A DNA stretch of 61,991 nt, filler included. It is 12 parts of 12 records of this genome, joined end to end, with 100 filler letters (N's around TTAATTAATTAA, not from the genome) between each part and the next. Parts side by side here need not be neighbours in the genome. Positions count along the whole stretch, not along the records: positions 47,185 to 55,487 come from SRR11831585_889; positions 55,588 to 58,815 come from SRR11831585_890; positions 58,916 to 61,991 come from SRR11831585_891; 9 more parts are not named here. One strand, written 5' to 3'. The notes beneath the pieces were generated by a model. That model made no database searches. It was not told the DNA's origin and saw only the letters and a program-made list of their open reading frames with translations. Each line of letters starts with the position of its first letter. Positions within the stretch are counted from its first letter, which is position 1. The position numbers and the translations under genes are program-made. Shown piece after piece: positions 51,699-61,991 of the stretch.

Positions 51699-53018
51699 AT
51701 GTTGCCGTTTCTGAAAGCGCCTGCCGATGCGCCATTAATGACTGATAAATATGAAATTGATGCCCGCTATCGCTACTGGCGTCGGCATATTCTGCTGACC
51801 ATCTGGCTGGGTTACGCGCTGTTTTACTTCACGCGGAAAAGTTTTAACGCCGCCGTACCAGAAATCCTTGCTAACGGCGTGCTCAGCCGTAGCGATATCG
51901 GCCTGTTAGCGACCCTGTTTTACATTACCTATGGCGTGTCGAAGTTTGTCTCCGGCATTGTCAGCGATCGCTCAAATGCCCGTTATTTTATGGGGATAGG
52001 GCTTATCGCCACGGGCATTATCAACATTCTGTTTGGCTTCTCGACGTCGCTATGGGCGTTTGCCGTGCTCTGGGTGCTGAACGCCTTTTTCCAGGGCTGG
52101 GGTTCACCGGTGTGTGCGCGTCTGTTAACGGCCTGGTATTCACGTACCGAGCGCGGCGGTTGGTGGGCATTATGGAACACGGCGCATAACGTCGGCGGCG
52201 CACTCATTCCCATTGTGATGGCAGCGGCTGCGCTGCATTACGGCTGGCGTGCCGGGATGATGATTGCTGGTTGTATGGCGATAGTCGTGGGGATTTTTCT
52301 CTGCTGGCGGCTACGCGATCGCCCGCAGGCGTTAGGTTTACCGGCGGTCGGTGAATGGCGACACGACGCGCTGGAAATTGCTCAACAACAAGAAGGGGCA
52401 GGGTTGACGCGTAAAGAGATCCTCACCAAATATGTGTTGCTGAATCCGTATATCTGGCTGCTTTCGTTTTGCTATGTGCTGGTCTATGTGGTCCGGGCGG
52501 CGATCAACGACTGGGGCAATTTGTATATGTCCGAGACACTGGGCGTCGATCTGGTCACGGCGAATACGGCAGTGACGATGTTTGAACTGGGCGGATTTAT
52601 CGGTGCGCTGGTAGCCGGTTGGGGCTCGGACAAATTGTTTAACGGCAACCGAGGGCCGATGAATTTGATTTTCGCCGCCGGAATTTTGCTTTCAGTCGGC
52701 TCCCTGTGGCTGATGCCATTTGCCAGCTACGTGATGCAGGCAACCTGCTTCTTCACCATTGGTTTTTTTGTCTTTGGCCCACAGATGTTAATCGGTATGG
52801 CGGCGGCAGAGTGTTCCCACAAAGAGGCGGCAGGGGCGGCGACGGGGTTTGTCGGCTTGTTTGCTTATCTGGGGGCGTCGCTTGCTGGTTGGCCGCTGGC
52901 GAAAGTACTCGATACCTGGCACTGGAGCGGATTTTTTGTGGTTATCTCTATCGCCGCCGGGATTTCCGCACTGCTGTTACTGCCCTTTTTGAACGCCCAG
53001 ACACCGCGCGAAGCGTGA
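51699..53018 (+). CDS. uhpC: Glucose-6-phosphate sensor UhpC (MFS)
   Basis: YFTRKSF; MFS topology; synteny. Confidence 0.96.
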   Translation: MLPFLKAPADAPLMTDKYEIDARYRYWRRHILLTIWLGYALFYFTRKSFNAAVPEILANGVLSRSDIGLLATLFYITYGVSKFVSGIVSDRSNARYFMGIGLIATGIINILFGFSTSLWAFAVLWVLNAFFQGWGSPVCARLLTAWYSRTERGGWWALWNTAHNVGGALIPIVMAAAALHYGWRAGMMIAGCMAIVVGIFLCWRLRDRPQALGLPAVGEWRHDALEIAQQQEGAGLTRKEILTKYVLLNPYIWLLSFCYVLVYVVRAAINDWGNLYMSETLGVDLVTANTAVTMFELGGFIGALVAGWGSDKLFNGNRGPMNLIFAAGILLSVGSLWLMPFASYVMQATCFFTIGFFVFGPQMLIGMAAAECSHKEAAGAATGFVGLFAYLGASLAGWPLAKVLDTWHWSGFFVVISIAAGISALLLLPFLNAQTPREA

Positions 53019-53155
53019 TGCATCTCACCTTTTCACTTCATATCCGGCAAAACTAAGAAATTTTCCAGGTTTTGCCTGGACGCTATCTCAGGCCTGATTT
53101 GCTGCTGATTTTTACAATGCATGCCTCACGCAGGTATTCATTTCAGGAGTAACCC

Positions 53156-54547
53156 ATGCTGGCTTTCTTAAACCAGGTTCGCAAGCCGACCCTGGACCTT
53201 CCGCTCGAAGTGCGGCGCAAAATGTGGTTCAAACCGTTCATGCAATCCTACCTGGTGGTCTTTATCGGCTACCTGACGATGTACCTGATTCGCAAGAACT
53301 TTAACATCGCGCAGAACGATATGATTTCGACCTACGGGTTGAGCATGACGCAGCTGGGGATGATCGGCCTGGGTTTCTCCATCACTTATGGCGTGGGTAA
53401 AACGCTGGTTTCCTACTACGCCGACGGCAAAAACACCAAACAATTCCTGCCGTTCATGCTGATCCTCTCTGCTATTTGTATGCTGGGCTTCAGTGCCAGT
53501 ATGGGCAGCGGCTCGGTTAGCCTGTTCCTGATGATTGCCTTCTACGCCTTAAGCGGCTTTTTCCAGAGTACCGGCGGTTCGTGCAGTTACTCCACCATCA
53601 CCAAATGGACGCCGCGTCGTAAACGCGGGACATTCCTCGGTTTCTGGAATATTTCTCACAACCTTGGCGGTGCAGGCGCAGCAGGTGTGGCGCTGTTCGG
53701 GGCAAATTACCTGTTCGATGGCCATGTCATCGGCATGTTTATCTTCCCGTCGATTATCGCGCTGATTGTCGGTTTTATCGGCCTGCGTTACGGCAGCGAC
53801 TCCCCGGAATCTTATGGCCTCGGCAAAGCTGAAGAACTGTTCGGCGAGGAGATCAGCGAAGAGGACAAAGAGACAGAATCTACCGATATGACCAAGTGGC
53901 AGATCTTTGTTGAGTATGTGCTGAAAAACAAAGTGATCTGGCTGCTGTGCTTCGCCAACATTTTCCTCTATGTGGTACGTATTGGTATCGACCAGTGGTC
54001 AACCGTATACGCGTTCCAGGAACTGAAACTCTCTAAAGCGGTGGCGATTCAGGGCTTTACGCTGTTTGAAGCTGGTGCGCTGGTCGGTACGCTGCTGTGG
54101 GGCTGGCTCTCTGACCTGGCGAACGGTCGCCGTGGCCTGGTGGCCTGCATCGCGCTGGCGCTGATTATCGCCACGCTCGGTGTGTATCAACATGCCAGTA
54201 ACGAATATATCTATCTGGCTTCTCTCTTTGCGTTGGGTTTCCTGGTCTTTGGCCCGCAATTGTTGATTGGTGTGGCTGCTGTTGGCTTTGTACCTAAAAA
54301 AGCGATTGGCGCTGCCGATGGTATTAAAGGCACCTTTGCTTACCTGATTGGTGACAGCTTTGCCAAGTTAGGTCTGGGAATGATTGCCGATGGGACGCCG
54401 GTATTCGGCCTTACCGGCTGGGCAGGCACCTTCGCCGCGCTGGATATCGCCGCGATTGGTTGTATCTGCCTGATGGCGATAGTGGCGGTAATGGAAGAAC
54501 GCAAAATCCGCCGCGAGAAAAAAATTCAGCAGTTGACAGTGGCATAA
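53156..54547 (+). CDS. uhpT: Hexose phosphate:Pi antiporter
   Basis: [22 protein letters not shown]. Confidence 0.98.
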
Positions 54548-54565
54548 ACGTAACTGGTGACTTTT

Positions 54566-54591
54566 GCCCGGCATGACGCCGGGCTTTTTTT
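54566..54591 (+). terminator. Intrinsic terminator after uhpT
   Basis: GCCCGGC-ATGAC-GCCGGGC followed by a T run. Confidence 0.85.
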
Positions 54592-54592
54592 A

Positions 54593-55487
54593 TTATTCCG
54601 TGACTTCCAGCGTAGTGAAGGCAAACTTCTCGCCATCAAATAGCCCCTGACTGGTTAGTTTTAGCGCGGGGATCACTGGCAGAGAAAGAAACGCCATCTG
54701 AATAAACGGCTCATCGGGTAACGGACCGCATTCACGGGCGGCGGCTTTCAAGGCGTCAATTTGTTCCGCCAGCGACTGCGCCGTGTCGGTGCTCATCAGC
54801 CCGGCAATGGGTAACGGCAGATGACTTTGTACCTGGCCGTTACGTACCACGCACAGCCCGCCGCCATCCTGAATCACCTGATTGACCGCCAGCGCCATCT
54901 CTTCGGCACTGCGACCGATCACCACAATATTATGGCTGTCATGGCTGACCGTCGCAGCCAGCGCACCTTCATTCAGTCCAAAGCCGCCAAGCAAACCACA
55001 AGCCGGAGCCAGCCGTTGCCCGTAACGCTCAAGTACGGCAATAAAGCTCACATCATCGCGATCAAAACCATTTTCGCTGTAGACGCTGGAGTGGGAGTGC
55101 GTAATCAATTCGTTATGGATGACGTCAATGACCCGATAGCGTTTTCCGGGCGTAAATTGCAGGGCAAAGTCGCTGGCGGAAACTGGCTGGCGGGCAATGG
55201 TGTTGCCATATGGCGGAGCGGATTGTGCCAGTCTCGCCGACTCTTCCGCCTGTAAGGTTTGCGCATCAATCGGCTCGCCTTTCACCAGTACCTGCTGCAC
55301 CGTGACCTTACGCGCATCGCTCAACAGGACGATATCGGCCTGCTTGCCGGGTGCCAGTAAGCCGAGGTGATTCAGACCAAAGTGGCGCGCCGTCGACCAG
55401 CTGGCGACGCGATATGCCACATGCAGCGGCACATTGTGTTGTTCGATCAGGCGGCGAATTAAGGCATCGATGTGTCCTTCATGGGCG
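54593..55487 (-). CDS. adeD: Adenine deaminase, C-terminal part (contig-truncated)
   Basis: [16 protein letters not shown] and FLSLPVIP motifs. Confidence 0.95.
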
Positions 55488-55587
55488 NNNNNNNNNNNNN
55501 NNNNNNNNNNNNNNNNNNNNNNNNNNNNNNNTTAATTAATTAANNNNNNNNNNNNNNNNNNNNNNNNNNNNNNNNNNNNNNNNNNNN

Positions 55588-58299
55588 ACCACTGCCCTGA
55601 CGACGCATACCTAAGCAACAACACATGATTAACACGGGAACATGGACCCAACACAAACTAAGTCGATCAATGCACACGACACAGTAAGACGGGACGCGTC
55701 ACATTTCCACGCACTTGATAGAGAGCACCGGCTCTGTGTGCAGAGTCAGCTGATACTTCTTGTTGGGTTCCACCAGGTTCAAAATCTCAATCTTCATCGA
55801 ATCCATTCTGCACAACAACAACACATACAGCACAAAACACACAACGGATCAGACACAGAACATGCGCACGCTGACGACACCAAGGGGCCACTCCCAACAA
55901 GCCTGATGTAAGAGGACCGTACCCCACGGAGATATAGGGCGAGGAGGGAGAGGCTGCCAGTGCAAAGATCTTGTCAGGGAACACATAGTCCTTGAGCACC
56001 TTGCGGGAGGCGATGTCCCACACACGCAGCTGCTTGTTGAGCGTGCCCGTCACCAGCTGCACTCACACTCCGCATGTCAGCACGTTGACACGCACACAGC
56101 GCCGCAACGCACCTTGGTCCCGTCGTTGCTGATGTCCACCGACGTTACCGTCTCTGTGTAGTTGGGCATGGTGCTGCAGGACACAACCCGCACCGGTTAG
56201 CTCGACCAGGACAGAGGGACGACGGATAGCGATAATGCCACCAGGAAACACAAACAGCGACATTGAGAAAAAAAAATCTGACACGAATGCACATAGCGCC
56301 GGACAACAACATGACAGGCAACATACGCAACGCAGGTTTTGGAGGCCAGATCCCACACATGCACGCCCGTGTTGGACGCGATGAAGACGGTGCGGGAGTC
56401 CGCACTGCACACGGTCTGGTACGCAGAGTCGAACTTGCCTGCGAACCGCGACACCAACTTGGGGATGTCCTGCAGCGCATCACCTATAAGGGCCCCACCC
56501 CATACACACAGCAGACGATGTTGCACACGTACCCCCTCGTAGTCGTAGAGCAGCACAGGAGAGCGCTCGCCGGCCACGAGCACGTGTGAGGAGCTGGGTG
56601 TCATGCGGATGCCGCGCACAAAGTTGACGTCGGGGAAGGCCTGGTCGGCACAGCTGATGCGGGTGATGGGCTCCTTGACCTCAAGGGTGGACCACAGACA
56701 GAACGCACCCTGCACAGATAGACAGACAGCACATGCAGACGGTGGCAGACAAACGTCAGAGCAGTGCGTGTGTCAACGCGGGGACGGGTGGACGCACCTT
56801 GTGGCCTGTGAGAACACGCGTGTGGGAGGAGCCGAAGCATACTGCCGAGACGACCTCGTGGTTGGAGATGGTGGCCAGGTGCTGGGCACTCACGGGGGCG
56901 CGGTTCGTGTCCACGGGCTTGTCGTCGTTCACTGCACAACACACACGGGTCAGAACGAAAGACGGGCATAAGAGCAGGTACACACGCACACACACATAGG
57001 CGCGCAACGCACGAGCACGTACCGTCCATGTCCTCCGCGAGGGCACCGGCGTCCACGGACTGCGTTGTGTGTGTGGGTGCGGGAGGGACTGATGCGTTGG
57101 GGGTGAGCGGTGTGAACGCTCCAACACGCTATACGGAGACACGTCGGCAACAGCACGGACAAATCACAGTACATCACACGCATATGGCACACACAAAATA
57201 CATACTGGACGTGTGGCACCAGGGACGGGTGGTTGATGCGCAACCATTGAACCCTATCGCAACAGACGGGATGAGCAATGCATACGAAGTCGGATTGACT
57301 ACAGAAACCGCCACTCACATGTACACGCGCAAAAGGGATACAGACGCGCATAATCGCATGCTAAAATATAAACGCACCAGTAATGCGGGCGCAGGAACAG
57401 CAACAGGCTGCACCACTGTCGCACCATAATCACCCGCGGTCTAACCACACACACAAACGCACACACGCAAAGCATCAGCGCACAATACAAACAAGACGGC
57501 GAGTGAGAGACTGTACCCTGCCGCGTGCTGCGAGGCCATCTACACACAATAACGCGAGTTAGACAGCCACACGGAGCAAATAGCAAACAGCGTACTTGCA
57601 TAAGCTGCGGGGCGGGGTCGAAGCGGCTCGCGATCTGAACTCACACCGCTCTGCACCATGCCACAACATTAGAACTACTGTAGAACACAGTGGGACAGCA
57701 ACAAACCTTTATCCGTTTCTCGATATCATCGAATGTTACGTTCTTGGCAGTCTCCAGCTCAGCTTTTGCAGACGCTTGCTCCTGTCAACGACATAAGAAT
57801 TATACAGACGGAGTAACTGACGCACCTCGTCAGGTAGCTTGGAAATAAGACTGTCCACCAACTTTCCAAGTCTTGCATTAATTTCTGATTCCCGATGCCA
57901 CTCAAGGTTTAGATTATATGAGAGCTCCAACGCCTGAACTGCGGTTAGAAAAGGCAACAGGCGATCCACGGACCTTCTCGTTGGCCTGCCGAATTTCAGT
58001 GCTTTCAAGTCGTACATGGTCGACCTCGACTCGTGCGCTTTGGAGCTGTCTCTCAAGTAATACAAAGTCGGCCTTTATAGCGTCGCAGTACTCCGATACC
58101 GTTCCCTACACAAACAATGACAAATGACTCAAACGCACAGGCGAAACAACATACCACTCGCTTCTGTAAAGTTGGAGCAGCTGTAATCCGTTTTACTTGC
58201 TACATGAAAGTCAGTATGGGCAGCAAACGCAGCAACAAAACGTACCATGCTCGGCGTCGAGTCAGCCGCCGGCCGCTTTTTGGCCTTCGGCTCCGACAT
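55588..58299 (-). CDS. TLE: Groucho/TLE transcriptional co-repressor (Q domain plus WD40); about 16-17 exons visible, 3' truncated
   Basis: Q domain TVSEYCDAIKADF..ELSYNLNLEWHRESEINARL..AKNVT; WD40 AQHLATISNHEVVSAV..TGHK|GAFCLW..VDISNDGTK|LVTG..KYQLTLHTEPVLSIK|YASSGQW. Confidence 0.88.
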
Positions 58300-58779
58300 A
58301 ATCACACAGAATGTCTGAGTGTGATCGTCGACTGTCGGTCCGTACACAAAGTGATCGTAAATGTGCACGGTGGTGTTGTTGGACGGGACTTTCGGACATG
58401 TGACTAAGCAAATGATCTAAGATCCACCTCGCTAGCGGCGTATTACAGAACCCTACATTCATCATTGCGAAACCAACTTCTGCCGCAACAAACAGGCATC
58501 CGCTCCTTTGCTGAGTCCTTTTTCCGCTGCGTTCGCACTTCGCAGGTACTGAAATGGGCTGGTCTGGGTTGCCTATGGGCGATTTCTACTTGTTGTTTCG
58601 TCTCTTCTTGATCGCATTCGTCAATGGGGTCTTGTGGGTTCTTTGTCTGCTACCTCGAATTCTATTCACTATTATGTGTTATTATGATGTTGTACATTTG
58701 ATCTGTCAGCTGTACTGTGTTGGTCATTTTCCTGTTCATACCGCGTAATGACCGTGTGTTGTATTCTGTTGTTTTAGAA

Positions 58780-58815
58780 ATGGTGTCTCTTCGCCTGCAG
58801 AAGCGCCTTGCGGCT
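58780..58815 (+). CDS. RPL19: 60S ribosomal protein L19 (eL19) N-terminus, truncated; probable 5'-UTR intron 58546-58777
   Basis: MVSLRLQKRLAA; pyrimidine tract CCTTTTTCC at 58517-58525. Confidence 0.75.
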
Positions 58816-58915
58816 NNNNNNNNNNNNNNNNNNNNNNNNNNNNNNNNNNNNNNNNNNNNTTAATTAATTAANNNNNNNNNNNNNNNNNNNNNNNNNNNNN
58901 NNNNNNNNNNNNNNN

Positions 58916-60353
58916 TCAACATCTCAACGGACGGGTCCCCATATGTGTTTGGCAATCTGTACGCACCGGTGCTGCAATCCACTCTGGTCCTCAGGAGCTT
59001 TGGATCTTGCAACGGAGCCGTTCTGCAGCAATACAATTGGAATGTCAGCACATTGAGCCTGAGTACGTGGTTTCGTTTTCTCTCACCCGTCTTGTGCTCT
59101 ATGGTTCGCACGTGTAACGGTTTCGTCATTCCCTTGTCCGTGTCATATAATCCCGCCGCCAACAAAACAAACTCACACTTCGCTATCTAGATCCGCTGAC
59201 GTACACCGTGAGCGGGCCGTACCAGTTTGCCAGTGCACCCAACGCCGTCACCTCACAGCTCCCCACCATCACCATCACGCAGCTTGTGGCGCCCTCGCCC
59301 TCTGTTTTCATGTCTCCTGTGACCGTGACGAATGCCGCGGGCGCTGTAGTGGGCTCCGGAAACATCACACGGGCAGACGATGTGGACGTGTCGTTGGTGC
59401 TGACGCCCCCTGGTGGGGCGCCGTACCTATGCGGGGGCGCTCTCCGCAACGGGGTGCTCTACCTGCAGTGTCAGGCGCTGCCTCTGAGTGTGGGCACATC
59501 ATCCGCCCATTCTCTGCAAGCCACGGCCGTGTGCTCCAACGACGCATGCATGGCACCCTCTCAAGGCGGTGCCGCCCCTCCGAGTATGTGTTGTTTGTGT
59601 GCATTCATAAGATGTACCTCTGCGTGTGCGCGTGCGTTTGTGTATGCCTATGCGTGTGTGTATGCGTGCGTACGTCGTGTGATATGCTTGTGAACGTGGA
59701 CTTGCACGCTTATGCTGTTGTACAATGCCTCATTGCGCGGTGGGAATGTAGCGCTACCCGCATACTGGGAGTCAGCCACGCTGCATGGAACCCCGTGCTT
59801 CCCGCAGCTGACCAGCACCTTTACTGTCACTACCTCCACATATATTATCCGATCATTCGGTAACATTCCAGTCATCGGCACCATCAGCGCCTCGGGAGAA
59901 ATTCTTTTTTTCTAACACCAACACTTTCCAGAGCTGCTCTGGTCACTTTTATCCGGGCTTTGAGAACAGGGGGCTCACCACAACGCTGTACTGTGACCAG
60001 TGTATCGCCAGTTTCATCCTTTTCAACTCCTATACCGGTCGTACGTTCATGCAACGTGCGCTGTCGCAATCAATGACTGTCGCGTGCTTCACGTCGTTCT
60101 CGTGTTTTGATCCCATCACGCTAGTCCTGTTCGCTCATGATGATGCTGAGCACCTTGTACCGTATGCTCACTGATCCTGTTTGTGTTTAATGTAGCGCTC
60201 TTGGGGCCCGTTGGGATTGTGGCTGTAATCGTGCCGCTGGCAGTGATTATTGTGATTGTGGTGGGCGTGATTCTGTGCATTCGACGCCGCCGTGCCCAGC
60301 AAGCCGCCGCTCCCGCACAACCCCAGACCTATTCGGAGCTCCGCACTGTATAG
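58916..60353 (+). CDS. Type I single-pass membrane protein of unknown family, 5' truncated
   Basis: Ser/Thr/Cys-containing exons; last exon 60196-60353 encodes GIVAVIVPLAVIIVIVVGVILCI-RRRR..QTYSELRTV*. Confidence 0.65.
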
Positions 60354-60798
60354 CCCACATCGGTAACATATATACGGCCACCGGGCGTCGGTTCCTGGTC
60401 ATGAGACCGCAATTCTTTTTTGTTATTTATAGTCTGCGTGATCCCCTTGTTGTCACTTGGGGAGAGTTTTACGGTGCTGCTGGAGCACCATTTTTTGGTC
60501 ACTCGTTGGTAAACTACAAAGTCACACTGCTCTCCTTTGTCCGATAGTCACGTTGGTGAATCCCTCTCTGTTCTTCGTGCACGCCATGCAAGGACGCAGG
60601 TATCGTCGAATGCACGCCGTTGTTGCACATATGCATAGACTATGGTAACCAACGCAGCGCCGTGAATGCGCCACAGCAGTACTAGTGGACTGCACATCAC
60701 ACCGGCCTGTTCATCGAAAACCTGCGCCAAGTATAAACACCGCATGCGTGAGACAACAACATCACGAGCGTCATAGCAGCATACGCCTTAGCCTGTGC

Positions 60799-61311
60799 TC
60801 AAATCGGTCTTACATCATCGGACGCGCAGGACAGCACTAACTGATGTAGGTGCTCGAGCAAGCTGGGCGTCGCCTCTCTTATCTCGTCTCTCACCGCCTC
60901 ATACAACGCAAGAGGACCACCGTACGGATCCGCAATGTCCTTCCTGTCCCCTGCGCCCATTACAAATTCACGCATGAGGAGCAGGTGCTTGGGGACGGGC
61001 CTCGCGTGCGTCTTAATCACAGTGCGGTGCGACTCACCCATGCAGATGACGGCGAACGCTTCGTCAAGTAACTTCTGTGAGAGAGGCTGTGCGCGATGGG
61101 TGGAGATGTCGATGCCGATCTTGCCCAGGGCGATCACAGAATTTTCGGAGACGGGGTCGCCCATCCGTGCGGAAATTCCAGCGGAGAGGACACGAGCTGA
61201 TTGTAGTGGTCCGGGGTGCCTCGCTAGAGCTTGTTGCACAATTGCAGCAGCCATTGGGCTGCGACATGTGTTGCCTGTACAGATTATGACGATAGGGCCC
61301 AAGGTGGACAT
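60799..61311 (-). CDS. Low-molecular-weight phosphatase, YwlE/arginine-phosphatase-type signature, intronless
   Basis: CTGNTCRSPMA P-loop, SAG, and DIADPYGG motifs. Confidence 0.92.
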   Translation of the reverse strand: MSTLGPIVIICTGNTCRSPMAAAIVQQALARHPGPLQSARVLSAGISARMGDPVSENSVIALGKIGIDISTHRAQPLSQKLLDEAFAVICMGESHRTVIKTHARPVPKHLLLMREFVMGAGDRKDIADPYGGPLALYEAVRDEIREATPSLLEHLHQLVLSCASDDVRPI

Positions 61312-61967
61312 CAGAAGGCTCGCTGGGGCTCGCTTACAGTAACTTCACTCAGTGAAATGAAATCCGAGTTCGAATTGGTAGCCACTGGCCCAACTGGATT
61401 GTTTTCTGAGGAGTTTCGGAATTTTCCCGTGAAAGATCGATATCGATACGCAAGGTCACTAGCTAACGGTCACTGGGTCCAATTCGGCGATCTTTCTTTT
61501 GAAACCACCACATACGAACTCATCCTCAGCGCGCACCACAGCAAAAACTAGACTACACAATAACTAACTAAACGTATCTTCCTCTTCAACAACTGCAAAA
61601 ACTATATTCCCAACCAACCGCAAAAATACGTACAACAACATGCATTTAGCTCTACCACACACAACACATTAAGCTGCCTAACAGACCATCGTCACAAGCA
61701 GGTTACAAGCCTGCTAAACGGGCGCGAATAATAATAACAACGTCGACAACACAGCGCACAAACAAACTGCCAATACAAGTACACACAGATACCCCATACA
61801 AATCACTCCACACAAAACCGGCAATCAGCAACAGTAAGTTGAGTGACTCAAAATGCCTCTCACTCAAACAGAGCTTAGAAAGCGGAGAGTTTGAGCAGCC
61901 GACAAAAGACCACCAACAGCCCATCCCCCTCACATCACATCACTCAGCGCAAAACACAGATACGTAT

Positions 61968-61991
61968 ACACACACACACACACACACACAC
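61968..61991. repeat. (CA)n microsatellite at contig end; similar tracts at 19054-19077, about 21889-21911, 32124-32147 and 47056-47084
   Basis: Read directly from the sequence. Confidence 0.9.

Noticed and set aside
47185-55487. Functional link between uhp sugar-phosphate genes and the adjacent eukaryotic PFKFB
   Set aside because: Different contigs from different organisms; the adjacency is artificial.
58546-58777. snoRNA hosted in the RPL19 5'-UTR intron
   Set aside because: No clear box C/D pair or H/ACA layout; only a short GGTCATT/AATGACC stem.
61231-61551. 106-aa plus-strand ORF upstream of the LMW phosphatase
   Set aside because: No recognisable motif; it overlaps the phosphatase start and promoter region.

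Overview
This window is not one genomic locus. It is 12 short contigs joined by 11 identical 100-bp artificial spacers (N44-TTAATTAATTAA-N44, stop codons in all six frames). Three contigs (1-18953, 35054-44936, 47185-55487) are ordinary Escherichia coli K-12-like chromosome: rhtB to fre including metE, udp, ubiEJB and tatABCD; napA'GHBC-ccmA-H; and ivbL-ilvBN-uhpABCT-ade'. They are most likely food-bacterium or lab contamination. The other nine contigs come from an intron-rich eukaryote, probably a unicellular one, that uses the standard code and GT-AG introns that are TG-rich on the sense strand. The ORF track misses most of these genes, so I spliced them by hand: a GT4-like glycosyltransferase, UPF2, a DUF5054-like protein, an EEP-domain protein, a TIGAR-like phosphatase, a class B DnaJ, a PPP1R37-like LRR protein, AMP deaminase, calmodulin, rubrerythrin, RagC/D, a CH-domain protein, PFKFB, Groucho/TLE, RPL19, a type I membrane protein and an LMW phosphatase. 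Three results stand out. (1) A Groucho/TLE co-repressor with a gap-free Q domain, a TLE-type WD40 propeller and animal-like exon sizes. (2) A six-exon bacterial aerobic-type short rubrerythrin with a mitochondrial-type presequence. (3) An intronless, bacterial-looking YwlE-type (CTGNTCRS) phosphatase, a candidate horizontal transfer. All family assignments rest on motif recognition from memory; no database search was run.
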